A DNA stretch of 64,000 nt from NCBI GenBank assembly GCA_964016885.1, contig OZ024754.1, positions 13,392,001 through 13,456,000 of the forward strand. The letters are read 5' to 3'. This stretch comes from Eledone cirrhosa (lineage: Eukaryota). The translations under genes and the position numbers were made by a program. Under the pieces are notes generated by a model. It made no database searches and was not told where the DNA came from. It saw nothing but the letters and a program-made list of their open reading frames with translations. This document shows, in pieces, positions 33,079-48,697 of this stretch; position 1 is the stretch's first letter; each line of letters opens with the position of its first letter.

Positions 33079-33369
33079 GGCTGCCCAAGTAAATGTGGTG
33101 GGATTTATATCTTTTCTTTTCTGGTGATAGGGTGGGGGTTGGGATGGGTGGAGGTCATTGGTTGTGATGGATTTTAAAAAAAGGGAGTTCATTAAAAGTT
33201 AATTCATTAAAGTTCATCAAAAGCTAGTTCATTTAAAGCTATAATATTATCAAAGGCAGAAAGAATACTGTAGACAAATTCAAATCGGAATACCAATCCT
33301 TGTTTATCTCTTAAACTAACCTGTAAGTCAGGTGCCTGTAAGTCAGGTGTCTACAGGATGGGTGGGGTT

Positions 33370-34228
33370 CATTAGTTTAAATGTGCAGCATATCAGTCTC
33401 TGTGTGCGGTACAAGATCGCAATCATCTGCATACAAGAGGTTTCTTATGATTGATGTAAATACTTTTGTTTTGCAACAAAGCGCCTGATGTTAAATATGC
33501 TGTCTGAAGTTCGATACCGGATGTAAACACCATGCTCGCAATTCCTGAATGCAATACAGGAAACCATTGCAAAGTATGTAGCAATCAGGGTCGATCCGCC
33601 TGTTTCACTCCATTTTTTATTGAGATATGCTCCGACATGTTACCTCCGACATTAACCCAAGCCTTCATGTCGTCATGGAAAGACCTAACTAAAGCAAGGA
33701 ACTTATCAGGGCAACAAAGTTTCTTGAGAACCTTCCATAATGCATTTATGTTAACAGTATCGAAAGCTTTTGTCAGATCGACAAAAACCTGATACAGATC
33801 CAAACCTTGTTCCGTGCACTTCTCCTGGAGCTGTCTAGTTGAGATCATATTAGTAGTGCCGCGTCCAGCACGAAAACCAGATTGACTTTCAGGAAAAACA
33901 CAATCTGCAATGTGTGTCAGCAGACGGTCCAAAAGCACCCTACATAAAACTTTCCCTACGACAGAAAGCAATGATATACCTCTGTTGTTCCCACAATCAT
34001 TCCTGTTACCCTTTCCCTTGTACAAGACCACCATTACTGCATCTCTCCAGTCCTCAGATACGGATTCATTAGCCCATATCCCGCCAAACAAAGAGTGAAG
34101 ATGTTGCAGGAGTCGCTCACCACCATATTGTAGGAGCTCTGCATGTATGCCATCCATACCTGGAGACCTTCCACTGTTCAGCTTCGAGATAGCCACTGCA
34201 ACGGCCTTTAGAATGTTCTTAGTGTACA
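33370..34228 (-). mobile_element. RTE/BovB-type LINE reverse transcriptase fragment, frameshifted
   Basis: [67 protein letters not shown]; LYADDCDL in another frame near 33415-33440. Confidence 0.92.
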
Positions 34229-34236
34229 ATACACAC

Positions 34237-34296
<60 letters not shown>

Positions 34297-35296
34297 CTAC
34301 ACACACACATACACCCACACACATACACACACGCACAGATACACACACGCACACACATACACACACATATATACACACACATACACACATGCACACACAC
34401 ACATATATATGCACACACAAACGCAAACACACACACACACATACACAAACACACACACATATATACACATACACACACATATATATATACAAACATATAT
34501 ATATATACACACACATATATATACACACACACACATATATATATATACACACACATATATATATTCACACACACACACATATATATATATACACACACAT
34601 GTACGTTATAAGTGCGTGAATGTTTGTGTGTGTATGTCTGTATGTGTGTGTGTGTCTGTGTGTGTGTGTTTGAGTGTGTGTCTGTGTGTGTGTGTGCGTG
34701 TGGGTGTTTGAGTGTGTGTATGTGTCTGTGTGTGTGTGTCTCTGTGTGTGTGTGTCTGTGTGTGTGTCTGTGTGTGTGTCTGTGTGTGTGAGTGTTTGAG
34801 TGTGTTTGTCGCAGTTCGTCTGTGTCTACGTGTCTATCACGAAAATATTTTTTTCCAATATGTTTTATTAAAACCGTGACGATACATGAGTTTAATGTTT
34901 AATTAAAGATTTTTTCGTATTTCATCGATAATATATGGTTTTTATTTTTGAACAATAAATTTGTAACGTCTGTCAGTATTTTCAGATTTTGCTGATCTTA
35001 TCGCTAGGAAGAGAAGGCTTATTAGTGTCTTAGTAGCGTTTGTTGTTACTTCCAATGGTAGCTAAGAAATATATGATTACTGCTGAACAGCAGGTGACAA
35101 ATCAAACAACAGACGAAACACAGGGAGTACAAAAAATTCAAACAGAAGAATGGGATGTGTCAAACATTGATAATTGTTTCTACTTTTGGCCCAAGGCCAG
35201 CAGTTAACCAGTACATTACTGGTACTTTATTTTATCGACCCCGTAAGGATGAAAGACAAAGTTAACCTCGGCGGAATTTGAACCCAGATCATAAAG

Positions 35297-36065
35297 GGCT
35301 AGGTTATTATTTTATGGGATTAATAAATCGGTTCAAAAGAAAAGATGTATTTGTTGTAACCTTAGTTAAAAAGAAAAACACCTGTATGATAGTCTAATAT
35401 GCCACTTTATGTTAAAAATGTATTCGTTTATATACTAATTAAAGTTATAGATGTCAAAGTTATGATGAAGAAATATTATAATACTTATTTATTTGTTTTA
35501 TTTAGCTTATTAACGATTTATAAATAAAATAGTAGAAAAACTATATATAAAAAGCTATAAATAGAAAAAAATATATATATAAAATGAAAAATGTTATATT
35601 ATTTATTTAATATTCTAATTAAATTTTATTTAAAATTTAACTAAATACCTGATGAAACGTTTTGGTAAACTTATGAAGACAAGAACTAAAGAATTCAGAG
35701 CGTTTATTAATAATTAAATGCCTATTTTGAATGATGTGGAGAATCTCTGTGGTACAGAGGTCACATCCCTTAGATATAAAAGCATTTTCATAAGGCAAAG
35801 CACGAGAAAGTTTCTGTCAAGAAAGGGAATACTTAATATTATTATTTTAATGCGACCAAAACAATTCAACATACTCTCGCATATGTGAACTAATACCGTC
35901 TGTGTTGAGGTTTTTATATCTCATATGCTTGTAACATACGGATCTGAACAGGTCGTCTGACCACCAGTATATCAAATGACTTCTACATCGCCAGTGGATT
36001 TTGTCTGAAGAGAACATGTTTTGGCATATATTATACATAAGCCTTACATCTTCGAAATACGTATA
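35297..36065. mobile_element. Copy of 21436-22205 (PLE GIY-YIG remnant, inversion junction and HHR) inserted in a SINE
   Basis: Highly similar sequence including the junction; flanked by parts of a minus-strand SINE (35175-35298 and 36179-36230) plus an inverted SINE head. Confidence 0.85.
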
Positions 36066-36329
36066 TACGGTGGATTGGCAGTATCGGTAGAGTGTCGGAC
36101 GCCATGCTTTGATACATAGAGTAACGGCCCTTTACGCTCTGAGTTCAAATCCCGCCGAGGTTAACTTTGCCTTTCATCTATGCATCAAAGCATGGCGTCC
36201 GACACTCTACCGATACTGCCAATCCACCGCATTGATAATGCAGACGAGAATTATAATTCTAATGTTGAAAAACAAAAAAAAAAACTGAAGAAACTATATC
36301 TGATAGACGGAATGCTAATTTAGAACGAT

Positions 36330-36620
36330 TGCAACACCAATTACAACACCAACAACAACACCAACTACAACACCAACAACAACACCAACTACAACACCAA
36401 CAACAACTGCAACTACAACACCAAATACAACACCAACTACAACAGCAACAACAACACCAACTTCAACACCAACAACAACACCAACAACAACAACAACAAC
36501 AACACCAACTACAACAGCAACAACAACAACACCAACAACAACACCAACTACAAGACCAACAACAACACCAACTACAACAGCAACAACAACAACAACTACA
36601 ACAGCAACTACAACAGCAAT
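36330..36620. repeat. Degenerate (CAA)n / 12-nt acaacaccaact repeat
   Basis: Directly visible. Confidence 0.85.
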
Positions 36621-37028
36621 ATCAGAAACCAATCCTTATCTTTGAACCTGGGGTGGTTTCAGTTACTTTAACAAACGTAGCCTGGATCACCGTCCATAGG
36701 TTGTAGTGATTCCTTCAAGGGTAATATAGAGTTCTATGTTGCTTTATACTGATCTTTTGTTTTAATTTACCTTGGTTCCGCCATTACCATTAATTAGTTC
36801 AGTCATCTTCAATTCAAGCTCTCCTAAAATTCCGTATGATGGAAACCATTACAGGATATAATTATGAGTAAATAGTTATAGGCCTTAGTCGCTTCAATCA
36901 TTTCTTCTATATATAGAAATCAAGGTCATTGTTACTCTGGAGTCTGATTAGCTTTCTCATAGTATATATGTGTATATATGATACTCCATACATATATATA
37001 TGAGTGTGTGTGTGTGTGTGTGCATATA

Positions 37029-37080
<52 letters not shown>

Positions 37081-37084
<4 letters not shown>

Positions 37085-37268
37085 AACCAGTAAGACCCCG
37101 ACAGCTGAGCTCAAGCCGTTTCGACGGCTAATTCTCGAATTAGCCGTCGAAACGGCTTGAGCTCAGCTGTCGGGGGTCTTACTGGTTCATATTACCCACT
37201 CTACTACCCCAAGTATTGAGTACTTTGGTGCGTTATGGTCCACCTGGTTCCTTACCACATTTCCTTCG

Positions 37269-37317
<49 letters not shown>

Positions 37318-37535
37318 TTTATTTATTTATAAGTATATATATATTTATTGTATAACGAAGGAAGTGTGGTAAGGAACCAGATGGACCATAACGCACTAGA
37401 GTACTCAATACTTGGGGTAGTAGAGTGGGTAACAGGAAAATGTTTAAGCCCGAGGGCAGAGCTCAGGCCGTTTCGACGGATTAATAGCCGTCGAAACGGC
37501 CTGAGCTCTGCCGTCGGGCTTAAACATTTTCCTAT
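37081..37535. mobile_element. Two fold-back PLE-terminal elements of one family facing each other across (TA)n
   Basis: 37081-37270 (palindrome centre ~37136, tail on +) and 37350-37535 (centre ~37483, tail on -); each has the HHR 3' half GAAA-CGGC...GCYG-TC. Confidence 0.75.
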
Positions 37536-37580
37536 TTATTGTATAGATAGATAGGTAAATAAAGATTATATAGGTGAGTA

Positions 37581-37670
<90 letters not shown>

Positions 37671-37702
37671 ATAGATAGGTAAATATAGATTATATAGGTA
37701 AG

Positions 37703-37742
<40 letters not shown>

Positions 37743-37760
37743 TCTTTCTCTCTCTCACTT

Positions 37761-37840
<80 letters not shown>

Positions 37841-38172
37841 TATACACAAACAAACACACACATATATAGATATATATTGTGTATGTGTTTGTGAGTGTAT
37901 AAATAATTTATTCTTTATTAATGAAATATGTTCTGTTTTATCGGTTCTTTAATGAAATCTTTTTTTAAATGTTCTAATTTTAAGAGATTATTTTTTCTAT
38001 TTTAAAAAATTCTTATTTAATTCAAATAAAGAAATTGATCATTTAAAACGTTCTAATGTCTTCGAAAGTAGCCATGTTGGAAAAATTCTGATAAAGATTC
38101 ACGTGAAAGAAGAAAGCAATTTTCTTAAAATAAAAGACAATTTAAACATTAATATATTTAATAGTAATAATA

Positions 38173-38360
38173 GGCGGTGGATTGGCAGTATCGGTGGAGG
38201 GGTCGGACGCCATGCTTTCCAGCATGCTTACGTCCCTTTACGATCTGAGTTCAAATCCCGCCGAGGTTGACTTTGCCCTTCATCCTTACGGGGTCGATAA
38301 AATAAAGTACCAGTAATGAACTGGGTTATTGCTGGCCTTGTGCCTAAAGTAAAAACAAAT
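38173..38360 (+). mobile_element. tRNA-derived SINE (octopus OR/OK-like); other copies at 46420-46632 (+), 48810-48960 (-), 51055-51235 (+), 56390-56460 (+)
   Basis: ggcggtggattggcagtatcggt (A box), gagttcaaatccc (B box), core ttcatccttacggggtcgataaaataaagtaccag, 3' gctggccttgtgcc. The family name is from recall. Confidence 0.85.
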
Positions 38361-38442
38361 ATATTTAATAGTAAAACCACCTGAAAACGCCCAGGCTTCT
38401 ACAATACTAATAAGTTTATATTAAAGTGTGTTTATATTTATA

Positions 38443-39523
38443 CTAGCAGTAAAGCCCGGCGTTGCTCGGGGTCGCTCAGTAGCTGTGTTAAAGTTACAAT
38501 GTTAAGTTTCTTTTTTGGCTTAAAAACTGTAGTGTCTACTGTGCAGACTTGCATGTGGTGTTTTTGATTAATATTCCCTCAACCAACAATATGCCTTATG
38601 AAGTTAAGAAAACATAACGATAACCCGAATGTTATAACAAAAGAGGATGCTGGGGATAGAAACTGCACTGGTTATTTATTAACAAAGATCGAAAATGTAA
38701 ACACTGCAACGCAGAGAAAAACATTAGCGTAACCAAATTATCAGTTATGTCTGTCTGCACGCCTATATCACCTCTCTGCACGACTGTCTGTCTGCACGCC
38801 TATATCACCTCTCTGCACGACTATCTGTCTGCACGCGTATATCACCTCTCTGCACGACTATCTGTCTGCACGCGTATATCACCTCTCTGCACGACTATCT
38901 GTCTGCACGACTGTCTGTCTGCACGCCTAACGAAATTTACAGATACAGCCCGGCGTTGCTCGGGGTCGCTCAGTAGCTGTGTTAAAGTTACAATGTTAAG
39001 TTTCTTTTTTGGCTTAAAGTCTGTCTGCACGCCTAACGAAATTTACAGATACATATATTTTAAATAAACTTATATAATTTTTGCTTTTTTTTACGAAATA
39101 TTTGCTTGTTTTACGTAGTCTTTAAATAGACTTGTTTTCAAGTAAAAATATTGTTTTAAAAGGCTTTTAAATGGAAATGAAGCAAAACGGAATCTTAGTG
39201 TTCGAACTGATGAATTTTGCAGTGTGTTAATGTCATTTTAAACGCTGAGAAAGCCAGCGTAATTTTTTTAATTTTTGCACGCAGACGCTCAATGTAAACA
39301 GAACAAAGGGAAATAACTGATCACTTACGCTCAAAAATCGATACATTATATTCGATTTCGTCAGATAGGGCGGGTCAATTTGAAATATTTTTTTTCCGAT
39401 GTCTTCGCTAGGGCTCAATGTACAAGTATAGCAATTTCGGTGCAATTCCGTGAGAGATTCTAAGAGGAGATGTGTGCCAAAAATCGATAGACAGACAGAC
39501 AACCACAGTTTTATATATATAGA
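38443..39523 (-). mobile_element. Non-autonomous Helitron, copy of 13334-14321 with an internal duplication of its 3' hairpin region (38948-39018)
   Basis: TC...CTAG termini, A|T target site, 37-bp minisatellite. Confidence 0.85.
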
Positions 39524-39594
39524 TAAACATATTTCATCATAATTTTATGTAAGAATCTTTACTAAATTTTATTAATGCTCAAGTTAAATAATGA

Positions 39595-40295
39595 TTTCTA
39601 CTTTAGGCACAAGGCCAGCAATTTGAAGGGGAGGAGAAAGTCGATTAAATCGACCCCAGTGCATTACTGGTAGTTTATTTTATCGCCCACGTAAGGATGA
39701 AAAGCCAGGTTAAACTCGGCGGGATTTGAGCTCAGATCGTAAATGGTCGCAACTCTATGCTGCAACGCATGGTGTCCGATACTGTACCGATACTGCCAAA
39801 CCACCGCTCTGCTCAAGTTTAATAATGGTTTCTTATACAGGCACAAGGCCAGCATATTTTGGGGGGAGGGGGAAGTCGATTAAATCAACCCCAGTGCGTG
39901 ACTGGTACTTTATTTTTACGACCGCGTAAGGATGAAAGGCAAAGTTAACCTCGGCGGGATTTGAACTCAGATCATAAAGGGGCGCAACTCTATGCCGCAA
40001 AGCATGGCGTCCGATGCTCTACTGATACTGGCAATCCACCGCCCTGCTCAAGTTTACTAATGATTCCTTATATAGGCACAAGGCCAGCATATTTTGGAGG
40101 AGGGGGAAGTCGATTAAATCGACCCCAGTGTGTGACTGGTGCTTTACGTCATCGACCCCGTAAGGATGAAAGGCAAAGCTAATCTCGGCAGGATTTGAAC
40201 TCAGATAATAAAGGGACGCAACTCTATGCCGCAAAGCATGGCGTCCGAGGCTCTTCGGATACTGGCAATCCACCGCCCTGCTCAAGTTTAATAAT
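39595..40295 (-). mobile_element. Head-to-tail trimer of the tRNA-derived SINE, ~235-bp period
   Basis: gcacaaggccagca at 39607, 39842 and 40076. Confidence 0.85.
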
Positions 40296-40656
40296 GAGAA
40301 AGCTACTTTACTAAATCGTTCGAAATTCTTGATTATTTTCAAAAGTATTTCAAAATAATAGTCAATGTCTTTCATTAGAGATGGAGTGATGGGGTGAAGG
40401 TACATGGCTTAGTGGTTAGAGTATTGGGCTTGCAATCGAAAGGTTGTGAGTTCAATTTTCGGACCGGGTGATGTGTTGTTTCCTTGAGCAAGACACTTTA
40501 TTTCACGTTGCTCCAGTTTACTCAGCTGTAGAAATGAGATGATAGGGACTGGGGTCCCTATCATTAAATCACCCAAGACACCTCCAACGAGATATACCTT
40601 GGAGGAGGCCAGCTGAAACTGCATAGGTGTGAGCTGTCACACACACACACACACAT

Positions 40657-41710
40657 TAGAGATGGGGTAACAACAGAGTTAAATAGGAATGTATTTCATT
40701 AGAAATGGGGTAACAGGGTTAAATAGGCAATGTCTTTCATTAGAAATGGGGTAACAGCAGGGTTAAATAGGCAACGTCTTTCATTGGAAATGGGGAAACA
40801 ACAGAGTTAAATAGGCAATGTATTTCATTAGAAATGGGGTAACAACAGAGTTAAATAGGAATGTATTTCATAAAAATGGTGTAACAACTTGGTTAAATAG
40901 GCAATGTCTTTCATTAGAAATGGGGTAACAGGGTTAAATAGGCAATGTCTTTCATTAGAAATGGGGTAACAACTGGGTTAAATAGGCAATGCCTTTCATT
41001 AGAAATGGTGTAACAACTTGGTTAAATAGGCAATGTATTTCATTAGAAATGGGGAAACAACAGAGTTAAATAGGCAATGTATTTCATTAGAAATGGGGTA
41101 ACAACAGGGTTAAATAGGCAATGTCTTTCATTAGAAATGGGGTAACAACTGGGTTAAATAGGCAATGTATTTCATTAGAAATGGTGTAACAACTTGGTTA
41201 AATAGGCAATGTCTTTCATTAGAAATGGGGTAACAGTCTAAATAGGCAATGTCTTTCATTAGAAATGGGGTAACAGGGTTAAATAGGCAATGTCTTTCAT
41301 TAGAAATGGGGTAACAGGGTTAAATAGGCAATGTCTTTCATTAGAAATGGTGTAACAACAGGGTTAAAAAGGCAACGTCTTTCATTAGAAATCGTGTAAG
41401 AACTGGGTTAAATAGGCAATGTCTTTCATTAGAAATGGGGTAACAGGGTTAAATAGGCAATGTATTTCATTAGAAATGGGGTAACAACAGAGTTAAATAG
41501 GAATGTATTTAATAAAAAGGGGGTAACAACTGGGATAAATAGGCAATGTCTTTCATTAGAAATGGGGTAACGACTGGGTTAAATAGGCAATGTCTTTCAT
41601 TAGAAATGGGGTAACGGGTTTAAATAGGCAATGTCTTTCATTAGAAATGGGGTAACGACAGGGTTAAATAGGCAACGTCTTTCATTAGAAAGGGGGTAAC
41701 AACAGGGTTA
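40657..41710. repeat. ~40-44-bp minisatellite, ~24 copies
   Basis: Unit ttcattagaaatggggtaac(aac)agggttaaataggcaatgtct. Confidence 0.95.
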
Positions 41711-41867
41711 GATATTCAATGTATAATTCAATGTATATTAAATATACCTGACATGGATATGACAATAATTAAGAAAGAATTCGATGCCCAGAAAGCTAGA
41801 GATAATAAAGAGGGCGTTCAAAACGTCATTTGTTGTTGGTTAGAAGAATTTTCCAACAGCCCCAAAC

Positions 41868-42920
41868 AACCACCATCACCACTACCACCACCACCATCTA
41901 CTACCACCACCATCCCACCACTACCACCACCACCATCTACTACCACCACCATCCCACCACTGCCACCACCACCATCTTCTACCACCACCATCACCACAAT
42001 CACCACCACCACCTCCATCACTGCAATCACCACTAACACCACCCACCACCACCATCACCACCATCACTACAAAAGCCACCACCACTCCACCACAACCACC
42101 ACCACCACCACCACAACCACCATCACCACCACCACAACCACAACCACCACCACCACCACAACCACCACCACCACAACCATCACTACCAACAACACCACCA
42201 CCACAACCACAACCACCACCACCACAACCACCACCACCGCAACCATCACTACCAACAACACCACCACCACAACCACAACCACCACCACCACCACCACCAC
42301 AACCATCACTACCAACAACACCACCACCACAACCACAATCACCACCACAACCACCACCACAACCACCACCACCACCACAACCATCACTACCAACAACACC
42401 ACCACCACAACCACAACCACCACCACCACCACAACCACCACCACAACAACCACAACCACCACCACCACAACCACCAGCACAACCACCACCACCACCACAA
42501 CCACCACCACAACCACCACCACCACAACCATCACTACCAACAACACCACCACCACAACCACAACCACCACCACCACCACAACCACCACCACCACAACAAC
42601 CACAACCACCACCACCACCACAACCACCAGCACAACCACCACCACCACCACCACCACCAGCACAACCACCACCACCACAACCACCACCACAACAACCACA
42701 ACCACCACCACCACCACAACCACCAGCACCACCACCACCACAACCACCACCACCACCACCACCACACCCACCACCACCACCACCACAACCACCACCACAA
42801 CAACCACAACAACCACAACCACCACCACCACAACCACCACCACCACAACCACAACCACAACCACCACCACCACAACCACCACAACCACCACCACCACCAC
42901 CACCACCACCACCACCAGCT
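41868..42920. repeat. (ACC/ACA)n trinucleotide expansion
   Basis: Directly visible; gives poly-T, poly-V and poly-G ORFs. Confidence 0.9.
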
Positions 42921-43174
42921 CCATAGATACCACTACAGCTATTACAGCCCTCAACACCTTCCATTAACATTATCACACCAATCTCTATGGTCACCAATAA
43001 CACTATAATTACCACTGCCACTTCTAACACTACCACCATTACTACTGCAATTAGTTTCATTTATAATCTATAATTTACGGTCTAATTGTGCTTCCATATT
43101 CGCTATTGCTCTCACTGAATCCATTAGTGTTCACACCTACAAATCTAATATCTACACATCGCATATCAACACAT

Positions 43175-43215
<41 letters not shown>

Positions 43216-43245
43216 TATACACACATATATATATATATATGTATA

Positions 43246-43293
<48 letters not shown>

Positions 43294-43319
43294 TATATAT
43301 ACACACACATATATATATA

Positions 43320-44482
<1,163 letters not shown>

Positions 44483-44956
44483 TCAACTTATGCATATGTG
44501 TGTGTTTGCGTGTGTTTCCCTTGCTCCTAATTTCAAGTATATTTTGACCTCTCTCCTGCTCCGTGGGAAGATTGTGAAGACATTTATCTTTCCGCTATCC
44601 TTAATACAACACAGTTTTTCATTTTTAAAGTATTTCATCTTTTTATACTTCTATATAACGTGTGCATTCATAGCTTATGGATCAAGCTGCGTTTTTCTCC
44701 CAAACTACGAGTTCATACTTTCGTCCAATAGTAATTAGACATTAAATTGAACGTGTATTTTGGAGATTGAATAATGAAACATTTTATCAATGTCCATAGA
44801 TTTTATCAATGGTCCTTCTGTATTTTGTTTACCGTATTGGTGTCGATTGCTGAACAGGGTGCGGCGCTGTGTTCTTGAGCAAGATGCTTTATTTCTCGTT
44901 GTTCCAGTACACTCAGCTGGGAGTGAGTATCAGCAGTAGCTGCGGAGTTAATATTG

Positions 44957-45400
44957 CGACAGACTGGCATCCTGTCCACGAAGAGTCTTGTTTATTCAGT
45001 CGCTTCCCTCCAAGGAAACCGAAATCCTGCGACAGACCGGCATCCTGTCCACGAAGAATCTTGTTTTCTCAGTCGCTTGGCTCCAACGAGACTGGGATCC
45101 TGAGACAGACCGGCATCCTGTCTAGGAAGAGTCTTGTTTTCTCAGTCGCTTCCCTCCAAGGAAACCGAAATCCTGCGACAGACCGGCATCCTGTCCACGA
45201 AGAATCTTGTTTTCTCAGTCGCTTGGCTCCAACGAGACTGGGATCCTGAGACAGACCGGCATCCTGTCTAGGAAGAGTCTTGTTTTCTCAGTCGCTTTGC
45301 TCCAAGGAAACCGGGATTCTGCGATAGACGACCGGCGTCCTATCTTATGAGAGTCTTGCAATTTTAGTCGCTTAGTGCCAAGAGAACCGAGGATAGGTAC
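44957..45400. repeat. 73-bp tandem repeat with A/B alternation (146-bp higher-order unit), downstream of a SINE fragment
   Basis: gacagaccggcatcctgtc at 45031, 45104, 45177 and 45250, alternating cacgaagaatc and taggaagagtc. Confidence 0.9.
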
Positions 45401-45800
45401 CGACCTGATGAGACTTAGAACAGTCTTTAACTAACATCGATGTTAAGTGGGCATCTGACTTCCAAAACAGAAAAGTTTTGGTTCTGTGGGACCAAACAAC
45501 AATATTGTATCAGTTGTATTTCTGGTGGCAACTTTTTCCCTCGGGTTCAACCAACATTCCTTTAAGCCATCAGTCTCAATATATTCATTTCTATTATTTT
45601 GTCTTACTCAGTGGATTCTAGATATCTCTGTCTTACACACGCACTCTCTCATTTCTTCCTCTCTCTCCTTCTCTCTCCAGCACTCTCCCACTTTCTGTTT
45701 CAACTTCTCCTTTCCTCACTCTTTCTCCTTTCGTCACTCTCTCACTCTCTTTCTCCCTCCCTCACTTTCTCACTATCAATTCCTCTCTCTCCTTGCATGC

Positions 45801-45863
<63 letters not shown>

Positions 45864-45875
45864 ACTCTCTCTCTA

Positions 45876-45906
<31 letters not shown>

Positions 45907-46889
45907 TCCAAACACATACACGTGTACACAAATACAAAAATTCAAACACATGTTTATATACACACACACACAGAGACACAGATAACACTCACAAACGCAT
46001 ACACACTCACATACACACGCACACATACGCACACGTACACACATACACACGTACATACACATACACTCACACACACGCACGTACACAGATACTCACACTC
46101 ATACACTCACCCACACACACGTACACACATATACACACACACTTCACACCCACCCCCACACACCCACATCACACCCACACACACACACACACACACACGT
46201 ACACCCCACACACACACATACACACAAACACACACACGTTCGTACACACCCAAAATACGCGGGTGAATTCCTACAGTGAAATCAATACAGTAAGGAGGAG
46301 GCACGTATAGGGAGGAGGGCGGTGGGTTGGCAGTATGGGTAGAGGGTCGGAGTAGGGCGGTGGGTTGGCAATATGGGTAGAGGGTCGGAGTAGGGTTGTG
46401 GGTTGGCAGTATTGGTAGAGGGTCGGCAGTATCGGTAGAGGGTCGGACGCCATGCTTTGCAGCATAGAGTTACGATCCTTTACGTTCTGAATTCAAATCC
46501 CGCCGAGGTTAACTTTGCTGTTCATCCTTACGGGGTCGATAAAATAAAGTACCAGTCACGCACTGGGGTCGATTTAATCGACTCCCCCCCCCCCCAAATT
46601 GCTGGCCTTGTGCCTATATAAGAAGCCATTATCTTTGGCGAATAGACATCTTTGTTTTTCTTCCTTTCAAAGAGAACTATTCAAAGATTCTCTTCTTCCA
46701 TATAGATGTCAACGCCACACTCCACCTACTTCATGTCCGCCCTTTCATCTGTTTTAACAGTCAAATCATCAATCTAACTTCTCTCACAATTCCTACGGCA
46801 CCTCATGATTTTATCTCTTTTTATATTTAGACTTCAATAAAGTTCATTTTACTGAGTCTTCCTATTCTTTTACTTCACTCTGTTTGTTT

Positions 46890-47137
46890 GTTAGTTGTTG
46901 TTGTTGTTAGTGCTATTGTTGTTGCTATTGTTGCTGTTGCTGTTGCTATTGTTGCTATTGTTATTGTTGCTGTTGGTGCTGTTGTTGTTGCTATTGTTGC
47001 TGTTGCTGTTGTTATTGTTGCTGTTGTTGTTGATGTTGTTGTTGCTGTTGTTGTTGTTTTTGTTGTTGCTGTTATTGCTGTTGCTGTTGTTGTTGTTGTT
47101 GTTGGTGGTGGTGGTTGTGGTGGTGTTGGTGTCGTTG

Positions 47138-47169
<32 letters not shown>

Positions 47170-47396
47170 GGTGGTGGTGTCGTTGTTGTTGTTCTTGTTG
47201 ATGTTTCTGTTGTTGCTGTTGTTGCTGTTGTTGCTGTTGTTGTTGTTGTTGTTGTTGTTACTGTTGTGGTCGTCATCACTGTTGTTGTTATTGGCATTGT
47301 TGGCGTCGTTGTTGTCATTGTTGTTGTTATTGTTGCTGTTGTGGTTGTCGTACTGTTGTTATTGGCGTTGTTGTCGTCGTTGTCGCTGTTGTTGTT

Positions 47397-47434
<38 letters not shown>

Positions 47435-47545
47435 CGTCGTCCTCATCGTTGTTGTTGCTGTTGTTGTGGTTGTGGTCGTCGTTGTTGTTGTTATTGGCGT
47501 TGTTGTCGTCGTTGTCGCTATTGTAGTTATTGTTGTTGTGGTTGT
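46890..47545. repeat. (GTT/GCT/GGT)n trinucleotide block
   Basis: Directly visible. Confidence 0.9.
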
Positions 47546-48586
47546 TTAGCCGAAGGTCCAGAATACTTTTCATCAAGTGGATTCCTTTGTTTTTACATAT
47601 GTGTCTATGATTACTTTATCAAATAAGGTAGTTTCTTCTGAGGAGAAGTGAGAGAAATTTGGGCTGCTATGTCTTATAGGTCGAGCAACCAGGTAAAGTT
47701 TTCCCCTCTTTCATTTATTGTACTTCAGTCTGCCTTCATGTCACATATTTGGTCAGATTAGAATATAATATATACTATAGGCGACTAATTTATCGAGGTC
47801 GATAAAATAAATTACTAGTCAAGTACTGGGCTCTTCCCCTATATCTGTTTATTACTTTCATTCTCTCACTTCCTCTCCTTCTCTGGAAGAAATTCTCTGG
47901 AAGGGAAGGTGGAGAGGGAGTGACATACAGTTCAGACTGGGGTGTAGAGTCTCTCTCAGCTGTGTACTGCTGTCAAAATGGCGAATACACTGCCACGGAG
48001 AACGGCCACTCCGAGGCTCCTTCCTACGCGTCCGGCCATTTTACTGAATTTGCGAAAGAAAATGGCAGTTCAGGTATTTAGAACACTTGAAGGTTCAACG
48101 GCAACCGGCTTCAAAAGGAAGTGGTTTGTCAAAACCTGGATGAAACCAATAAAGAGCGCTGCAGTATGCAATATTACATCATTATTAAATTGTTGCTGAC
48201 GTGTGGAAATTCTTGAAAATATTTTGATTATTGAATTTGCAATTCAAACAAATATTTCATCAGTGTGTTTTTTATGCCTGGCTCTTGAAATCCTCTCTTG
48301 TTTCTTAACTAAAGAAAATATTACTAGAAAATCAATAAATGCTACCATTAATTAATAACGCTAATTAATGCCGAAGTGATCGATATTCAGGAATTAACAA
48401 GATAAAAACCCAGTTCCGACACCCTCAATACTTTACCTTTTGTATCAAGACACTATTCAAGAAATACACCGTCCATCAGAATGATCCATTATTGGGGAAA
48501 CCCATGAGTGAAAAGGGCATTAGAAATACTTAAAATATGTGAAACCAGAACCCATTAAACATTACTATCGTAAACTCCTGTCTCAC

Positions 48587-48697
48587 CTGAACCACAAGTT
48601 ATTGTGCATCTGGCACCACCTATAGGCCAATTCGTTTTCACTTTGAAGTTGATCATCGCTGTTTTCATATCAAAGGGTGGCATAACATCAACAACCA
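48587..48697 (-). other. Candidate 111-nt internal exon of an unidentified host gene or pseudogene
   Basis: Acceptor ttgttcgttacAG, open frame VVDVMPPFDMKTAMINFKVKTNWPIGGARCTITCGS, donor CAG|gtgaga, phase 1-1; no family recognised. Confidence 0.3.

Noticed and set aside
38173-38270. tRNA gene
   Set aside because: A and B boxes are present but there is no cloverleaf; it is a multi-copy SINE head.
41753-42967. 404-aa Thr-rich mucin-like ORF
   Set aside because: Almost entirely (ACC/ACA)n. The 40-aa unique N-terminus is only vaguely protein-like, so it cannot be supported without expression data.
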